Notes: generated by a model from the sequence alone, not told the origin. A stretch of 35,158 nt of DNA from Campylobacterota bacterium (GCA_034717975.1 JAYEMF010000111.1:1-35158); one strand, 5' to 3'. Counted from the stretch's first letter, positions 16,494 through 26,460 are shown. Program-made: numbers and translations.

Positions 16494-18299
16494 TTATTTT
16501 ACTTCTGTCAACTCCCTACACAACTTCAAAAACTGTTCCCCGTACCGTTCAAATTTCACCTCGCCGACGCCATGGATGTCTAGCATCTCCTCTTTTGTCG
16601 AAGGCAGAGCATTGGACATCTCTTTCAATGTTTTATCGCCGAAAACAATATAGGCCGGTTTCCCCTCCTCTTTGGCGATTGAGGCTCGAAGTTCACGCAG
16701 GGCATCAAAGCTCTCCTGGTTGATATCCAACACCTCATGATGGCTTACAGCGGCCTTTTTATCCGGTCGTTTCAGTCGTGATGCTCTGATCTCCACCGTA
16801 ATCTCTTTTTTGAGGATCTGCATACCGACCCCGGTCAGTTCAAGCGCTCTGAACTCGCCGCGGCTAACCGCTCCGATCTCCATCATGCGTTCGGCAATAC
16901 TCTCCCAGTAGACCTTGCTCTGTTCTTTGCCGATCCCAAATACAGAGAGCCGGTCATGGCCGTTGTCGCCGATCTTCTGCATCGTACTACCGCGAAGCAC
17001 ATCGATGACATAGGTCTGACCGAAACGCTGACCGGTCCGGTAGACAGCTGAAAGCAGCTTCTGTGCATCGACCGTTATCTCTTTTTTATCATCATCCGGC
17101 GCTTCGCAGTTATCGCACTTTGTCTCACATACACTCAGGTCATCTTCAAAATAGTTGGCAATAAATTTATGCCGGCACTCCTCACCCCCGGCGAAAGTTG
17201 TCATCTGTTCAAGCTTGTCGTAGGCATTGACCTTGTAGGGTGACTCTTCGAGCTGTTCTATAAACTCGCGCTGCATCATCATGTCGGATCCGCTGTAAAG
17301 CAGCAATACCTCCGAGTCCAATCCGTCACGACCGGCACGACCGATTTCCTGATAGTAGTTCTCCACTGTCTTTGGAAGGCTCATATGAACCACAAAACGG
17401 ATATTGCTCTTGTCGATACCCATACCAAAAGCGATGGTCGCCACCACCACATCGATCTCATCATGTACAAAGTCGTGAAATGTCTGACGCTTCTGCTCGC
17501 TGGGAAGCCCCGCGTGAAAAGCAGCCGCTTTGATCCCTTTGGTTTTAAGAAATTCTGCCAGAGCCTCCGTCTGTTTCCGCGAAAATGCGTAGATAATGCC
17601 GCGTTCGCCTCTGAAGAGACTCAAAAAATCAAGCAGCTGTTTTCTGCCATCTTTGATGCGGCGTTCAACGGAGATATGAAGATTCTCCCGAAAGATCTTT
17701 CCGCGTATCTCTACCGGGTTCTTCAGTCGCAGGGCAGTGATAATATCGCTCTGAACCCGGGGTGTCGCCGTTGCCGTAAACGCGGCGATGCCTACCTGCG
17801 GAAAGTGTTCACGGATTAGATCGAGTTTTCGATAATCTTCACGAAACTCATGCCCCCACTCGCTCACACAGTGGGCTTCATCGATCACAAAAAAATTGAT
17901 CTTCAGCGAGTGCAGGAGTCCCAAAAACATTGGTGATGCAAAGCGTTCTGGAGCGACATAGAGCAGTTTGATCTCACCTCTGAGAAGTGCCTGGGTTATC
18001 GACTCGATCTCTTCACTGCTTTGCATGGAGGAGATCATCGCAGCATTGATCCCATTGGCTCTGAGTGCCTCTACCTGGTCATGCATCAATGCCAGAAGAG
18101 GCGATATGACGATGCTTACCCCATCCATCAGAAGCGAAGGAAGCTGATAGCAGAGAGATTTTCCTCCGCCTGTCGGCAGGATCATCAGCAGATCACGATG
18201 GTTTAAAATTGCTTCCACTGCCTCTTCCTGCAGTGGTCTGAACCCATCATGTCCAAAGCTGCTTTTCAAAATGCTGTAAACATCGTTACCTGATAACAT
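16494..18299 (-). CDS. recQ: ATP-dependent DNA helicase RecQ
   Basis: PTGGGKSLCYQ, DEAHCVSEWGH, ATIAFGMGIDK, QEIGRAGRDG, Zn-binding Cys motif, RQC and HRDC domains. Confidence 0.97.
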   Translation of the reverse strand: MLSGNDVYSILKSSFGHDGFRPLQEEAVEAILNHRDLLMILPTGGGKSLCYQLPSLLMDGVSIVISPLLALMHDQVEALRANGINAAMISSMQSSEEIESITQALLRGEIKLLYVAPERFASPMFLGLLHSLKINFFVIDEAHCVSEWGHEFREDYRKLDLIREHFPQVGIAAFTATATPRVQSDIITALRLKNPVEIRGKIFRENLHISVERRIKDGRKQLLDFLSLFRGERGIIYAFSRKQTEALAEFLKTKGIKAAAFHAGLPSEQKRQTFHDFVHDEIDVVVATIAFGMGIDKSNIRFVVHMSLPKTVENYYQEIGRAGRDGLDSEVLLLYSGSDMMMQREFIEQLEESPYKVNAYDKLEQMTTFAGGEECRHKFIANYFEDDLSVCETKCDNCEAPDDDKKEITVDAQKLLSAVYRTGQRFGQTYVIDVLRGSTMQKIGDNGHDRLSVFGIGKEQSKVYWESIAERMMEIGAVSRGEFRALELTGVGMQILKKEITVEIRASRLKRPDKKAAVSHHEVLDINQESFDALRELRASIAKEEGKPAYIVFGDKTLKEMSNALPSTKEEMLDIHGVGEVKFERYGEQFLKLCRELTEVK

Positions 18300-18355
18300 A
18301 TTGCTCTTTTTTCATATAAGTATAAAGATTTTTTCTAGCCATCTGTCAAAATATG

Positions 18356-20299
18356 TCAGGATGGCTTGGTCAGGGTGAGAATAAAACGGGCACCCGCTTT
18401 GCCATTTTCAACATTCAAAGAACCATGCAGGTTCTCTTCGATAATCGTACGTGACATAAAGAGTCCGATTCCAGAGCCCTTGCTATCCTCTTTTGTCGTA
18501 AAATAAGGGTCAAAAATATGATCAATGATCTTTTCACTGACTCCCCCGCCATTGTCTTCAACAGTAATGACAAAATATTCACTGTCTTCGGTCACACCAA
18601 TATCGATATGCCCTTTAGGTTCCTGCTTCTCCACAATGGCGTCACGAGAATTTTTAATCAGATTCATCAGGATCTGGATCAGTTCGTTTTTGTAGGATTT
18701 GACATAATGTTCATTCATCGACGTAACATTGCAGCTGATATGGGAGTAGTTTAACGAAGCCTCGTTAAGGGTTATCACCGTATTAATCACCTCTTCGAGT
18801 GTAAAGTGCTCCTGCTCTTTATGTGGCATGTGTATATTACGAAAATCATCAATCGTTCCAGACATATACTGAAGATTGTTGTTGATCTGTTCATGTGTAT
18901 ACTCAACATCATCATCGCTTAACTGACCAAGCTGCTTTTTGATATAGAGATCCTGATTTAACAGTGCCATCGTATTGAGCGGCTGTCTCCACTGGTGGGC
19001 GATCTGCTCGATCATCTCACCAAGTGCCGCCAAACGCGACTGACTCATCATCACCTTATCTTTTTCACGCGCATGGTCTAAGGCTTCACGCACTTTTCCC
19101 TGAAGGACCACATTCAAACTACTCAGTTTTTCAACATATTCATCCTGCAAAAGCTTAACCCTGTCTGCAAGTGCCCATGAAAGAAAGATCATCTCAAGAG
19201 CTGAACCGATCTGCTGGGCATAATTGAGAAAATAGAAGCCATGCAGCAGATTGAGTTTATTGATCGCCAGAAGAACACTTCCCATTAGAAAAAAACCCCA
19301 GCCAATTACATAAAAACGGGCGGGACGGTAATGACTGTGCCAAAGCACGATTCCGCTTATCCAGAGTATGATCGAGATGATGATCACCGTAATTGCCACA
19401 GAACGGATCACCACTCCATAGGGAAGTATGATGGAAGAGAGTGTCAAGGCCAATCCAATCAAGATCAACAGCATCAGCACCTTGTCAAGCCATGGAAAGT
19501 GCTGTTCTGTTCGAAGAAAGTAGCGGCTGAAAATCACGGCAGCCGTCATGGCCAGGGACATCCAAAAAGCGGCACCATTGGCCACCATCCACTCCCAGTC
19601 ACTCCAGAGATACTGGATACCGAATCCATCCAGTGTCAACTGCCACCCTATAAAGGTAGTAACAAAAAAGATATAACGCAGATAATCATTCTCTTTTGTG
19701 TAGTTGTACATGATGAGGTTATAGAGGATGATGATAGTAAACACCCCGTAATAGAGTCCAAACAGAAGCTGAGAGAGCTGTGAACCTTCAAGGAACTTCT
19801 TGGATGTTTTAAGCTGCATCGGCACCTGCATAGAGCCTTGCGTCTTTACCCGAATATAGAGAGTTGTCGGTTGGGTTAAATTGTTAATGGAAAAAGCAAA
19901 CTGACGCTGGGCAAGCTGACGCTGTTCATAATGATGCAGGCGGCCGCTGATGGCATGAAAGAGCTGCGTATCCCCATCTCCCTGGTAACCAAACAGTTCA
20001 ATATGCTCAAGCAACGGATAATTAAAGATCAGCCACCAATTCAAAGCAGTGAAATGATCCGGTATCAATGTAATCTTAAACCAGTAAACCGACTTTGTAA
20101 ATCCAAAACTCGGGCTCTCTTCGGCAACAGGTTTGAAAGAGAGTGAACGAACCGTCTCAATCGATTCTGCACCCTGAACATCTTCATAATAATCTACATA
20201 GAGCCCTAATGTGTACTCCTCCTGCTCAGAGAGTTTAAGTTCACCGGCAACGATAAGCGAGGAGAACGTAAGTATAAATATAAATAATCTCAAGAGCAT
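18356..20299 (-). CDS. 7TM-DISM sensor histidine kinase
   Basis: DISMED2-like periplasmic domain (SFGFTKSVYWF), 7 TMs, H-box IAHQWRQPL, N-box NLIKNSRDA, DNGGG, FDPYFTTK, GSGIGL. Confidence 0.93.
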   Translation of the reverse strand: MLLRLFIFILTFSSLIVAGELKLSEQEEYTLGLYVDYYEDVQGAESIETVRSLSFKPVAEESPSFGFTKSVYWFKITLIPDHFTALNWWLIFNYPLLEHIELFGYQGDGDTQLFHAISGRLHHYEQRQLAQRQFAFSINNLTQPTTLYIRVKTQGSMQVPMQLKTSKKFLEGSQLSQLLFGLYYGVFTIIILYNLIMYNYTKENDYLRYIFFVTTFIGWQLTLDGFGIQYLWSDWEWMVANGAAFWMSLAMTAAVIFSRYFLRTEQHFPWLDKVLMLLILIGLALTLSSIILPYGVVIRSVAITVIIISIILWISGIVLWHSHYRPARFYVIGWGFFLMGSVLLAINKLNLLHGFYFLNYAQQIGSALEMIFLSWALADRVKLLQDEYVEKLSSLNVVLQGKVREALDHAREKDKVMMSQSRLAALGEMIEQIAHQWRQPLNTMALLNQDLYIKKQLGQLSDDDVEYTHEQINNNLQYMSGTIDDFRNIHMPHKEQEHFTLEEVINTVITLNEASLNYSHISCNVTSMNEHYVKSYKNELIQILMNLIKNSRDAIVEKQEPKGHIDIGVTEDSEYFVITVEDNGGGVSEKIIDHIFDPYFTTKEDSKGSGIGLFMSRTIIEENLHGSLNVENGKAGARFILTLTKPS

Positions 20300-20305
20300 A
20301 TACAG

Positions 20306-22417
20306 TTACAGGTCCTCTTCTTTACGCTGTTTTGGCAAATATTTACCAACCATCAGATATTTGTAAAGCGAATTATAGAGCGAGACCATCTTATAGGGTT
20401 TGCCAAGATGTTCTTGCATACCCGCTTTTTTAGCGCGTTCCACATCTTCAGGCTTGACCTGAGCTGTCAGTGCCAGGATGGGCACATGGCGATAGCGGTT
20501 ATCTTCCCGTATACGACGTGCTGCTTCATACCCATCCATTATCGGCATGTCGATATCCATGATGACAAGACTGACATCAGCAGTTTTTGCAAGCAGTTCG
20601 ATCGCTTCCTTACCGTCACCGGCTATGACCAGGTTGATACCCGTACCATCAAGCAGGTTTTTAATGATGCTCTGATTGACATCATTGTCTTCCGCGAGCA
20701 GGATCGTACTTCCTGCAAACTGATTAAGATCGTTTTTGGTATAGACCTTGATACCCTCATCCTGAGCGACATCATCAACATAGAGCTCGACAATCGTATC
20801 AAAGACATCCTGATAATTGAAGGGTTTTTTCATCTGCATATCTATGCCGTCACTGCCAATTTGGACAGCGTGAAGTGTCTCATTTCCTACAAGTACTATC
20901 TTGGAGTCACAGTTTTGATTGATGACATGGATGGTCCCTTTTCTATCCTGTTCAACAAGTTTTGCATCCAGGTAGATAATGTCATAATCATTCGCTCTCA
21001 ATTTATCGATAACCGCATCCAGATTGGCCACAATATCGGAGTTATGGTGAAAGTAGGCAACCATTTTGTTCAGCGAGATCGCTGCTTCTAGGTTGCTGTC
21101 GGCAATCAATACTTTTTTATACATATTGGATTTGCTTGGCAGCCGATACTGACGTAGATCAAAGTCTTTTGGTATTTTCAGATCCAGCTGAAAGATAAAG
21201 GTCGTTCCTTCACCCGATTTACTGCTTACATCAATAGTGCCATTCATCCGTTCAATAATTTTCTTGGCGATCAGCAGTCCCCACTCTTTACTCTCACTGC
21301 TGTTCAGTGTTTCTGGCGTCATCGAAAGATCAAACAGCTGCTGCAGCCGTTTATCATCCAGACCTCCGGAGCTGTCCGTTATTTCAAAAAGAAGTGAAAA
21401 GACCTTTTTCTTTGATGCATCACGACTGACATGCATAACAACAGAGCCTCTATCGGTCTGCTGAAGTGAGAATCGCAGCAGATTACGCAATACTTCGTCA
21501 AGGTGAGGGGCATCACCCATCATAGTTGAAGGAACATTGTTATCGATATTGAAGATAATTTCAACCCCTTTTTGCGAGGCAATGGGACCTAAGATGGTCG
21601 ATATATTATTTAAAACGGCATTCAGATTGAAGCGTTCCGAATCGATAATGATATTATCGCGTTCGATCTTGGAGAATTTATTCATATCATCCAGTGTAGA
21701 GGAGAGCAGATCGACCGAGTAACGGATCTTCCCCAGATGGCTATGCTGTTTATCATCCAGTTTTGTACCGGAAAGCACATGCGCATATCCCAAAATAATA
21801 TTTAACGGTCCACGGATCTCCTGGTCGAGTCGACTGTAAAATGCCTCTTTAAGCTGAGCTGTCCCCAACAACACCCTGGCATCATTTTGAAGTTCCCTGT
21901 TATCGACAATAAGATTTCGATTTCGCTTTAGCATCAACAGCAGCAAGACCACCAACACCCCGATCAGGAGCCATGAGAGGTAAAGAAGCATATCTATAGG
22001 CAAGGCTTCATAGATAGAGTTTTCCGGCAGAGGCCGTTCACTCTTTTTTGGCTGAATCTGTCTGGGGGATAGCTTTGATGAGAAATCAATCGCCTCATCC
22101 TGGGTAAAAGTCGCTATAAAAGCATCTGAACGGTAACGTTGAACTACCGGCAACAGTTGACGCGCTTCGGCCTCATTTTCAAACGGTCTCAAAGAGAGGC
22201 CGTAATATTTTTCACCTTTGACTATCTGCAGTGCAGGCTTGACATCATAGCGGATAGCACGGTAATCATCGTCTTGAAAGAGTCTTTTTTCAAACCACTC
22301 TTTACCACTGATGGCTCCTGATTTTTTGGTGTAAGTACCTAAAATGATCATATTGTAGCTGTAAGCTGCATGAACAGACAGTGTTATAAAAAAAGAGAGC
22401 AGTAAAATCAGACGCAT
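20306..22417 (-). CDS. Hybrid sensor kinase-like protein with degenerate kinase core and two REC domains
   Basis: Signal peptide, possible SPOR-like domain, TM, HisKA-like DQEIRGPLN lacking His, eroded ATPase boxes, REC domains (IYLD; IMDIDMPIMDG). Confidence 0.85.
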   Translation of the reverse strand: MRLILLLSFFITLSVHAAYSYNMIILGTYTKKSGAISGKEWFEKRLFQDDDYRAIRYDVKPALQIVKGEKYYGLSLRPFENEAEARQLLPVVQRYRSDAFIATFTQDEAIDFSSKLSPRQIQPKKSERPLPENSIYEALPIDMLLYLSWLLIGVLVVLLLLMLKRNRNLIVDNRELQNDARVLLGTAQLKEAFYSRLDQEIRGPLNIILGYAHVLSGTKLDDKQHSHLGKIRYSVDLLSSTLDDMNKFSKIERDNIIIDSERFNLNAVLNNISTILGPIASQKGVEIIFNIDNNVPSTMMGDAPHLDEVLRNLLRFSLQQTDRGSVVMHVSRDASKKKVFSLLFEITDSSGGLDDKRLQQLFDLSMTPETLNSSESKEWGLLIAKKIIERMNGTIDVSSKSGEGTTFIFQLDLKIPKDFDLRQYRLPSKSNMYKKVLIADSNLEAAISLNKMVAYFHHNSDIVANLDAVIDKLRANDYDIIYLDAKLVEQDRKGTIHVINQNCDSKIVLVGNETLHAVQIGSDGIDMQMKKPFNYQDVFDTIVELYVDDVAQDEGIKVYTKNDLNQFAGSTILLAEDNDVNQSIIKNLLDGTGINLVIAGDGKEAIELLAKTADVSLVIMDIDMPIMDGYEAARRIREDNRYRHVPILALTAQVKPEDVERAKKAGMQEHLGKPYKMVSLYNSLYKYLMVGKYLPKQRKEEDL

Positions 22418-22491
22418 AAGCCACCCTGTATTAATAGAAGTTAAGTATATAACGAATTCTCCAAGATGTAAAGAGAATCTTACAGATAACT

Positions 22492-23283
22492 CTAGAACCG
22501 TTTATTTAGTGCTTCTTTAAAGCCCCACCCTCTTCGTGCCTTTACCACTTCAGCATGATCGAGCTCGACGATCATCAACTCTTCCGTATCTCCCAGCGTT
22601 GTCTCGATTTCACCGTTTGGAGTAGCCAGAAGCGAATCCCCATAAAATTGCCAGGTGTATGTACGTTCCTGAAACTCACCGATACGGTTTGCACGAAGGA
22701 TATAACAGTTGTGCGTAAAAGCACGTGAGGTTATAAGGTTCCGCCAGCGCTGATGCGATTCAAATGTAGATACAGTCGGTAACAGCACACAATCAACGTT
22801 TTTCACCGAAGCCATCAGCCACAGATCATCAAAATGAAGTTCAAAACCACCCATCACACCGAACTTGATACCATCAAGTGTAAAGACCATCGGTGACGCA
22901 ATCGGTTCGACCGGATTGGCAAAAAACTTCTCTTCATTCCAGTGGCTGTAATTGATCAGAAGCTGTTGATGGTAATAGGCTGTCGAATTCGGACCTATCT
23001 TGACGATCGCTTTATAAGCTTCTCTCTTCTTCACCAGGACAATTGGCGCCACTATGGTCATATTATAGGTCTTAGCCATCTCTTTGAGAATTTTGAGATG
23101 ATGTTCACTCTGCTCTTTGATCATACTGATCGGCATAGTCTCAAGCTCTTTAAAAAAGGAGTTAAGCAGGTACTCGCCAAGGAGCAGCAGTTTTACCCCG
23201 CGTTTATGGGCAATACGGACATAATGATAGAGTTTGGTCGTGCTCATACCGATAGATGGAAGTTGAAGAACTGCTGCTTTCAT
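22492..23283 (-). CDS. Carbon-nitrogen hydrolase (nitrilase superfamily) protein
   Basis: LLLGEY, HWNEEKFF, RAFTHNCYILRANRIG, FYGDS..PNG. Confidence 0.85.
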   Translation of the reverse strand: MKAAVLQLPSIGMSTTKLYHYVRIAHKRGVKLLLLGEYLLNSFFKELETMPISMIKEQSEHHLKILKEMAKTYNMTIVAPIVLVKKREAYKAIVKIGPNSTAYYHQQLLINYSHWNEEKFFANPVEPIASPMVFTLDGIKFGVMGGFELHFDDLWLMASVKNVDCVLLPTVSTFESHQRWRNLITSRAFTHNCYILRANRIGEFQERTYTWQFYGDSLLATPNGEIETTLGDTEELMIVELDHAEVVKARRGWGFKEALNKRF

Positions 23284-23339
23284 TGATGAGAACCTTGCGA
23301 GATGGAAAAAGGGGAAAGGGGGTGAGTGCAGTAAGTCAT
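23280..23339 (-). CDS. Putative 19-aa bridging mini-ORF
   Basis: MTYCTHPLSPFSISQGSHQ*; ATGA overlaps with both the xseB stop and the CN-hydrolase start. Confidence 0.5.
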   Translation of the reverse strand: MTYCTHPLSPFSISQGSHQ

Positions 23340-23557
23340 AGAGGCATATCCTCTTCCCTCTTCACTCTTCCCTCTTCGCGCATATTAATCACTTTCAGCT
23401 GTGCATCTTCAAGCATCTGCTGAGCTGCTTTGAGCTCCTTCATCCCCTCTTCATAAGCTTTTACACTTGTTTCCAGGGTGATTTCCGGATTCATCAGCTT
23501 CTCTAAAATCGCTTTCGCCTTCTCCAGACGGCTTTCAAAATCTACTGTTTTACTCAT
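23336..23557 (-). CDS. xseB: Exodeoxyribonuclease VII small subunit
   Basis: FESRLEKAKAILEKL..ITLETSVKAYEEG..L..AQLKV; the C-terminal tail is encoded by a heptamer repeat. Confidence 0.9.
   Translation of the reverse strand: MSKTVDFESRLEKAKAILEKLMNPEITLETSVKAYEEGMKELKAAQQMLEDAQLKVINMREEGRVKREEDMPL
23350..23377 (+). repeat. Heptamer tandem repeat (C/A)CTCTTC x4
   Basis: cctcttc cctcttc actcttc cctcttc; imperfectly complementary to the purine heptamers at about 23300-23328. Confidence 0.85.
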
Positions 23558-24662
23558 CTAGTGCCTTTTTAACATAATCTTCAAACTTATCGATCTCGAC
23601 CAGGAAGGCATCATGACCATAATCACTTTCAACTTCCAGGTAGTGACACTTCTCATACCGCTTCTCTTTAAGCAGACCGTCGATCTTCTTCATCTCATCC
23701 GGAATAAAGAGCATATCTTTCGTAAAACTGATAAGGTGAAGTTCACACTGAATCTTCGCCAGCGCATCTCCAAGCGAATCAAAACCGCGTCCCAGATCAT
23801 AGATATTGATCGCTTTGGTAATGTAGAGATAGGAGAGCGGATCAAACCACTTTGTGAAGTTGTAGCCGTTGTATTCCAGGTAGGATTCCACCTGAAATTT
23901 ACCGAACAGCTCATAGAGACCGTCAGTTCGTTTGTATTCACGGCCAAATTTCTCTCCCATAGAGTCATGTGAGAGAAAACTGATATGCCCTGCCATACGA
24001 CCGATCGCCATCCCCGGAAGACCGCTCTCTTTGATCACTTCAGGGTCATAATACCCCTGTTTGAATTCAGGGTCTTTGAGGATAGACTCCTGTGCGACTT
24101 TGTTAAAAGCGATAGCCCACGGCTGTGTAGCATAGGTTGTCGCCATCGCGATCACTTTCTTGGCAAAGTTCGGGTAGTGAATGGCAAACTGAAGCGCCTG
24201 CATACCACCCATCGAACCGCCGACAATCGCGTGAACACGGTGAATGCCAAGACGGTCAAACAGAATTCGCTGTGCCTTGACCATATCTTTGATGCTGACA
24301 ACCGGAAACTTGTAGCGATAAGGGGCATAATGCGGGTACATCGGTGACATCGGACCGGTCGATCCGAAACAGCTGCCGATCACATTGGTACAGATAACGA
24401 AATATCTGTCGGTATCGAGCGCTTTTCCCGGACCGATCAGACCATTCCACCAACCCGGTTTGTTCTCACCCTCATAAGTACCTGCTGCATGATGCGACCC
24501 GGTCAGAGCATGGGTAACAACGACAACATTGTCTCTCTCTTCGTTCAGTTCGCCATAGGTCTCAAAGGCAATATCATACGGTTCGAGGATACGCCCGCTC
24601 TCCAGATAGAGCGGATTGGTAAAGTTCTCGGTATGCGTCTTCAGGTTTAGTGATTCGATAAT
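23550..24662 (-). CDS. metX: Homoserine O-acetyltransferase, non-canonical start (ATT 24662 or ATC 24659)
   Basis: Frame is open for 93 codons upstream of the ORF-track start and reads LYLESGRIL..ETYGELN..HALTGS..GWW..IGPGK; catalytic GGSMGG and GHDAFL motifs downstream. Confidence 0.9.
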   Translation of the reverse strand: MIESLNLKTHTENFTNPLYLESGRILEPYDIAFETYGELNEERDNVVVVTHALTGSHHAAGTYEGENKPGWWNGLIGPGKALDTDRYFVICTNVIGSCFGSTGPMSPMYPHYAPYRYKFPVVSIKDMVKAQRILFDRLGIHRVHAIVGGSMGGMQALQFAIHYPNFAKKVIAMATTYATQPWAIAFNKVAQESILKDPEFKQGYYDPEVIKESGLPGMAIGRMAGHISFLSHDSMGEKFGREYKRTDGLYELFGKFQVESYLEYNGYNFTKWFDPLSYLYITKAINIYDLGRGFDSLGDALAKIQCELHLISFTKDMLFIPDEMKKIDGLLKEKRYEKCHYLEVESDYGHDAFLVEIDKFEDYVKKALDE

Positions 24663-25927
24663 TACGCCTCTAATGCCTGTTTCAAGTCATCGATCAGATC
24701 ACGTGCCGATTCCAGACCGGCACTGATACGGATAAGCCCCGCCGGGACACCGCAGGCATCAAGCTCTTCGTGAGAGAGCTGCTGATGCGTCGTTGATGCC
24801 GGATGGGTGATGATCGATTTTGAATCACCGATATTGACGACTAACGAGTAAAGCTTTGTAGCATCAACGACCTTTGTCGCTTCATTAAAACTCCCCACTT
24901 CAAAACTAAGCAATCCACTTGCCTGGCCATTATCAAAATAGCGCTGTGCATCGGTATAGTTTGCATTAGACAGGAGACCAGGATAGTTGACTTTTTTCAC
25001 TTTTGGATGACGTTCAAGGAATTCGGCGATAACAAGCGCATTATGGGAATGTTCACGCATACGCAGTGACAATGTCTCAAGGCCCTGGATAAAGAGCCAT
25101 GAGTTAAACGGGGAAACCACAGCACCAAGGTCACGCAAGAGAGAAAGACGAGCACGTAAAGTATATGGAGGAAGCGGCACATCGGTATAGACCAGACCAT
25201 GATATGAGGCATCCGGTTCATTAAAGTGCGCATAACGCGGATTGCCCTTTAGTTTCTCAAGAAGTCCTTTACGTTCAACCATGATCCCGCCGATAGCAAG
25301 CCCTTGCCCCGTCGTGTATTTACTCGCACTGTGAACAATGACATCCACACCATGTTCAAAAGGACGGCAGAGTGCCGGTGTTGCCACCGTATTGTCCACT
25401 ACACTCAGGATTCCATGCTCATTGGCAATCGATGTGATAGCAGCAATGTTAGCCACATCAATACTCGGATTGGTCAGTGTCTCAAAAAAGACCACTTTTG
25501 TCTTCTCATCCACTAACCCTTGAATCTCTTCAGGCTCATGCACATTGAAAAAACGGGCTTCAATACCAAAACGCTTCAGTGTATGGGCAGTCTGTGTCAG
25601 TGTCCCACCGTAGAGTTGTGCAGCACAAACAATATTGTCACCCGCTTCAGCAGCATTGGCAATCGCATAGAAGATAGCCGACATACCGCTTGATGTGGCC
25701 AGTGCCGCTTCACCACCCTCAAGCTGGGCAAAACGTTTTTCAAAAACATCTGTAGTAGGATTGTTCAGACGCGTATAGATATTGCCAAGCTCTTTAAGGG
25801 CAAAAAGATTAGCCGCATGCTCTACATCACGGAACTCATAAGCCGTTGTCTGGTAAATCGGTACCGCCATCGTACCTTGCGAATCTTTCTCATACCCTGC
25901 ATGCAGTGCTTCTGTCTGAAATTGCAT
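24662..25927 (-). CDS. metY: O-acetylhomoserine aminocarboxypropyltransferase (sulfhydrylase)
   Basis: PIYQTTAY, GNIYTRLNNPT, HSASKY, NIGDSKSIITHPASTTHQQL; adjacent to metX. Confidence 0.93.
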   Translation of the reverse strand: MQFQTEALHAGYEKDSQGTMAVPIYQTTAYEFRDVEHAANLFALKELGNIYTRLNNPTTDVFEKRFAQLEGGEAALATSSGMSAIFYAIANAAEAGDNIVCAAQLYGGTLTQTAHTLKRFGIEARFFNVHEPEEIQGLVDEKTKVVFFETLTNPSIDVANIAAITSIANEHGILSVVDNTVATPALCRPFEHGVDVIVHSASKYTTGQGLAIGGIMVERKGLLEKLKGNPRYAHFNEPDASYHGLVYTDVPLPPYTLRARLSLLRDLGAVVSPFNSWLFIQGLETLSLRMREHSHNALVIAEFLERHPKVKKVNYPGLLSNANYTDAQRYFDNGQASGLLSFEVGSFNEATKVVDATKLYSLVVNIGDSKSIITHPASTTHQQLSHEELDACGVPAGLIRISAGLESARDLIDDLKQALEA

Positions 25928-25931
25928 CTAT

Positions 25932-26435
25932 TTACTCCTGTGTTGTTTCATTCGTATAGATAACAGCCGTTCCTGCTATCAGGTCGTGTAATCCCCGTTT
26001 GTCTTGACGAAAGGCTACCATGATGAAGCCCATCAGCAAAACAAGCGTGGAAACAATATAACTCAGCGAGCGCGTGATCGCCTGTCTGTTACCCAGTTCA
26101 TCGAAGTTTTTGGCATCGACAACCGTAATACCCACCATGCGCTTACCCGGTGTCGCCCCGCGCCACTGACGCCAGAACAGTACCGTCACCGCCAATACGG
26201 CAAACTCAAACAGCAGCTCCCATTTCAGATCGGTATGGGGCTGCTGTGTGAGAGCGGCGTTGGCATTGCCGTGCATCGCATAAGCGATGTTTTGTTTATA
26301 GGCAGCCCAGTCAAACCACTGCCCGTCACTCAGAAAATAGATGACGATCCCTACCGGGAGTGCCAGTAAAAATGTATCCAGAAATGAAGCGACAAACCTG
26401 ATCCAAAAACCGGCATATCGAACTTCATTTTTCAA
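25932..26435 (-). CDS. RDD family membrane protein
   Basis: YAGFWIRFVASFLD, GATPGKR, KRGLHDLIAGT; TTG start. Confidence 0.92.
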   Translation of the reverse strand: MKNEVRYAGFWIRFVASFLDTFLLALPVGIVIYFLSDGQWFDWAAYKQNIAYAMHGNANAALTQQPHTDLKWELLFEFAVLAVTVLFWRQWRGATPGKRMVGITVVDAKNFDELGNRQAITRSLSYIVSTLVLLMGFIMVAFRQDKRGLHDLIAGTAVIYTNETTQE

Positions 26436-26460
26436 TTTTCACCTTTTAACTTAACGACTT

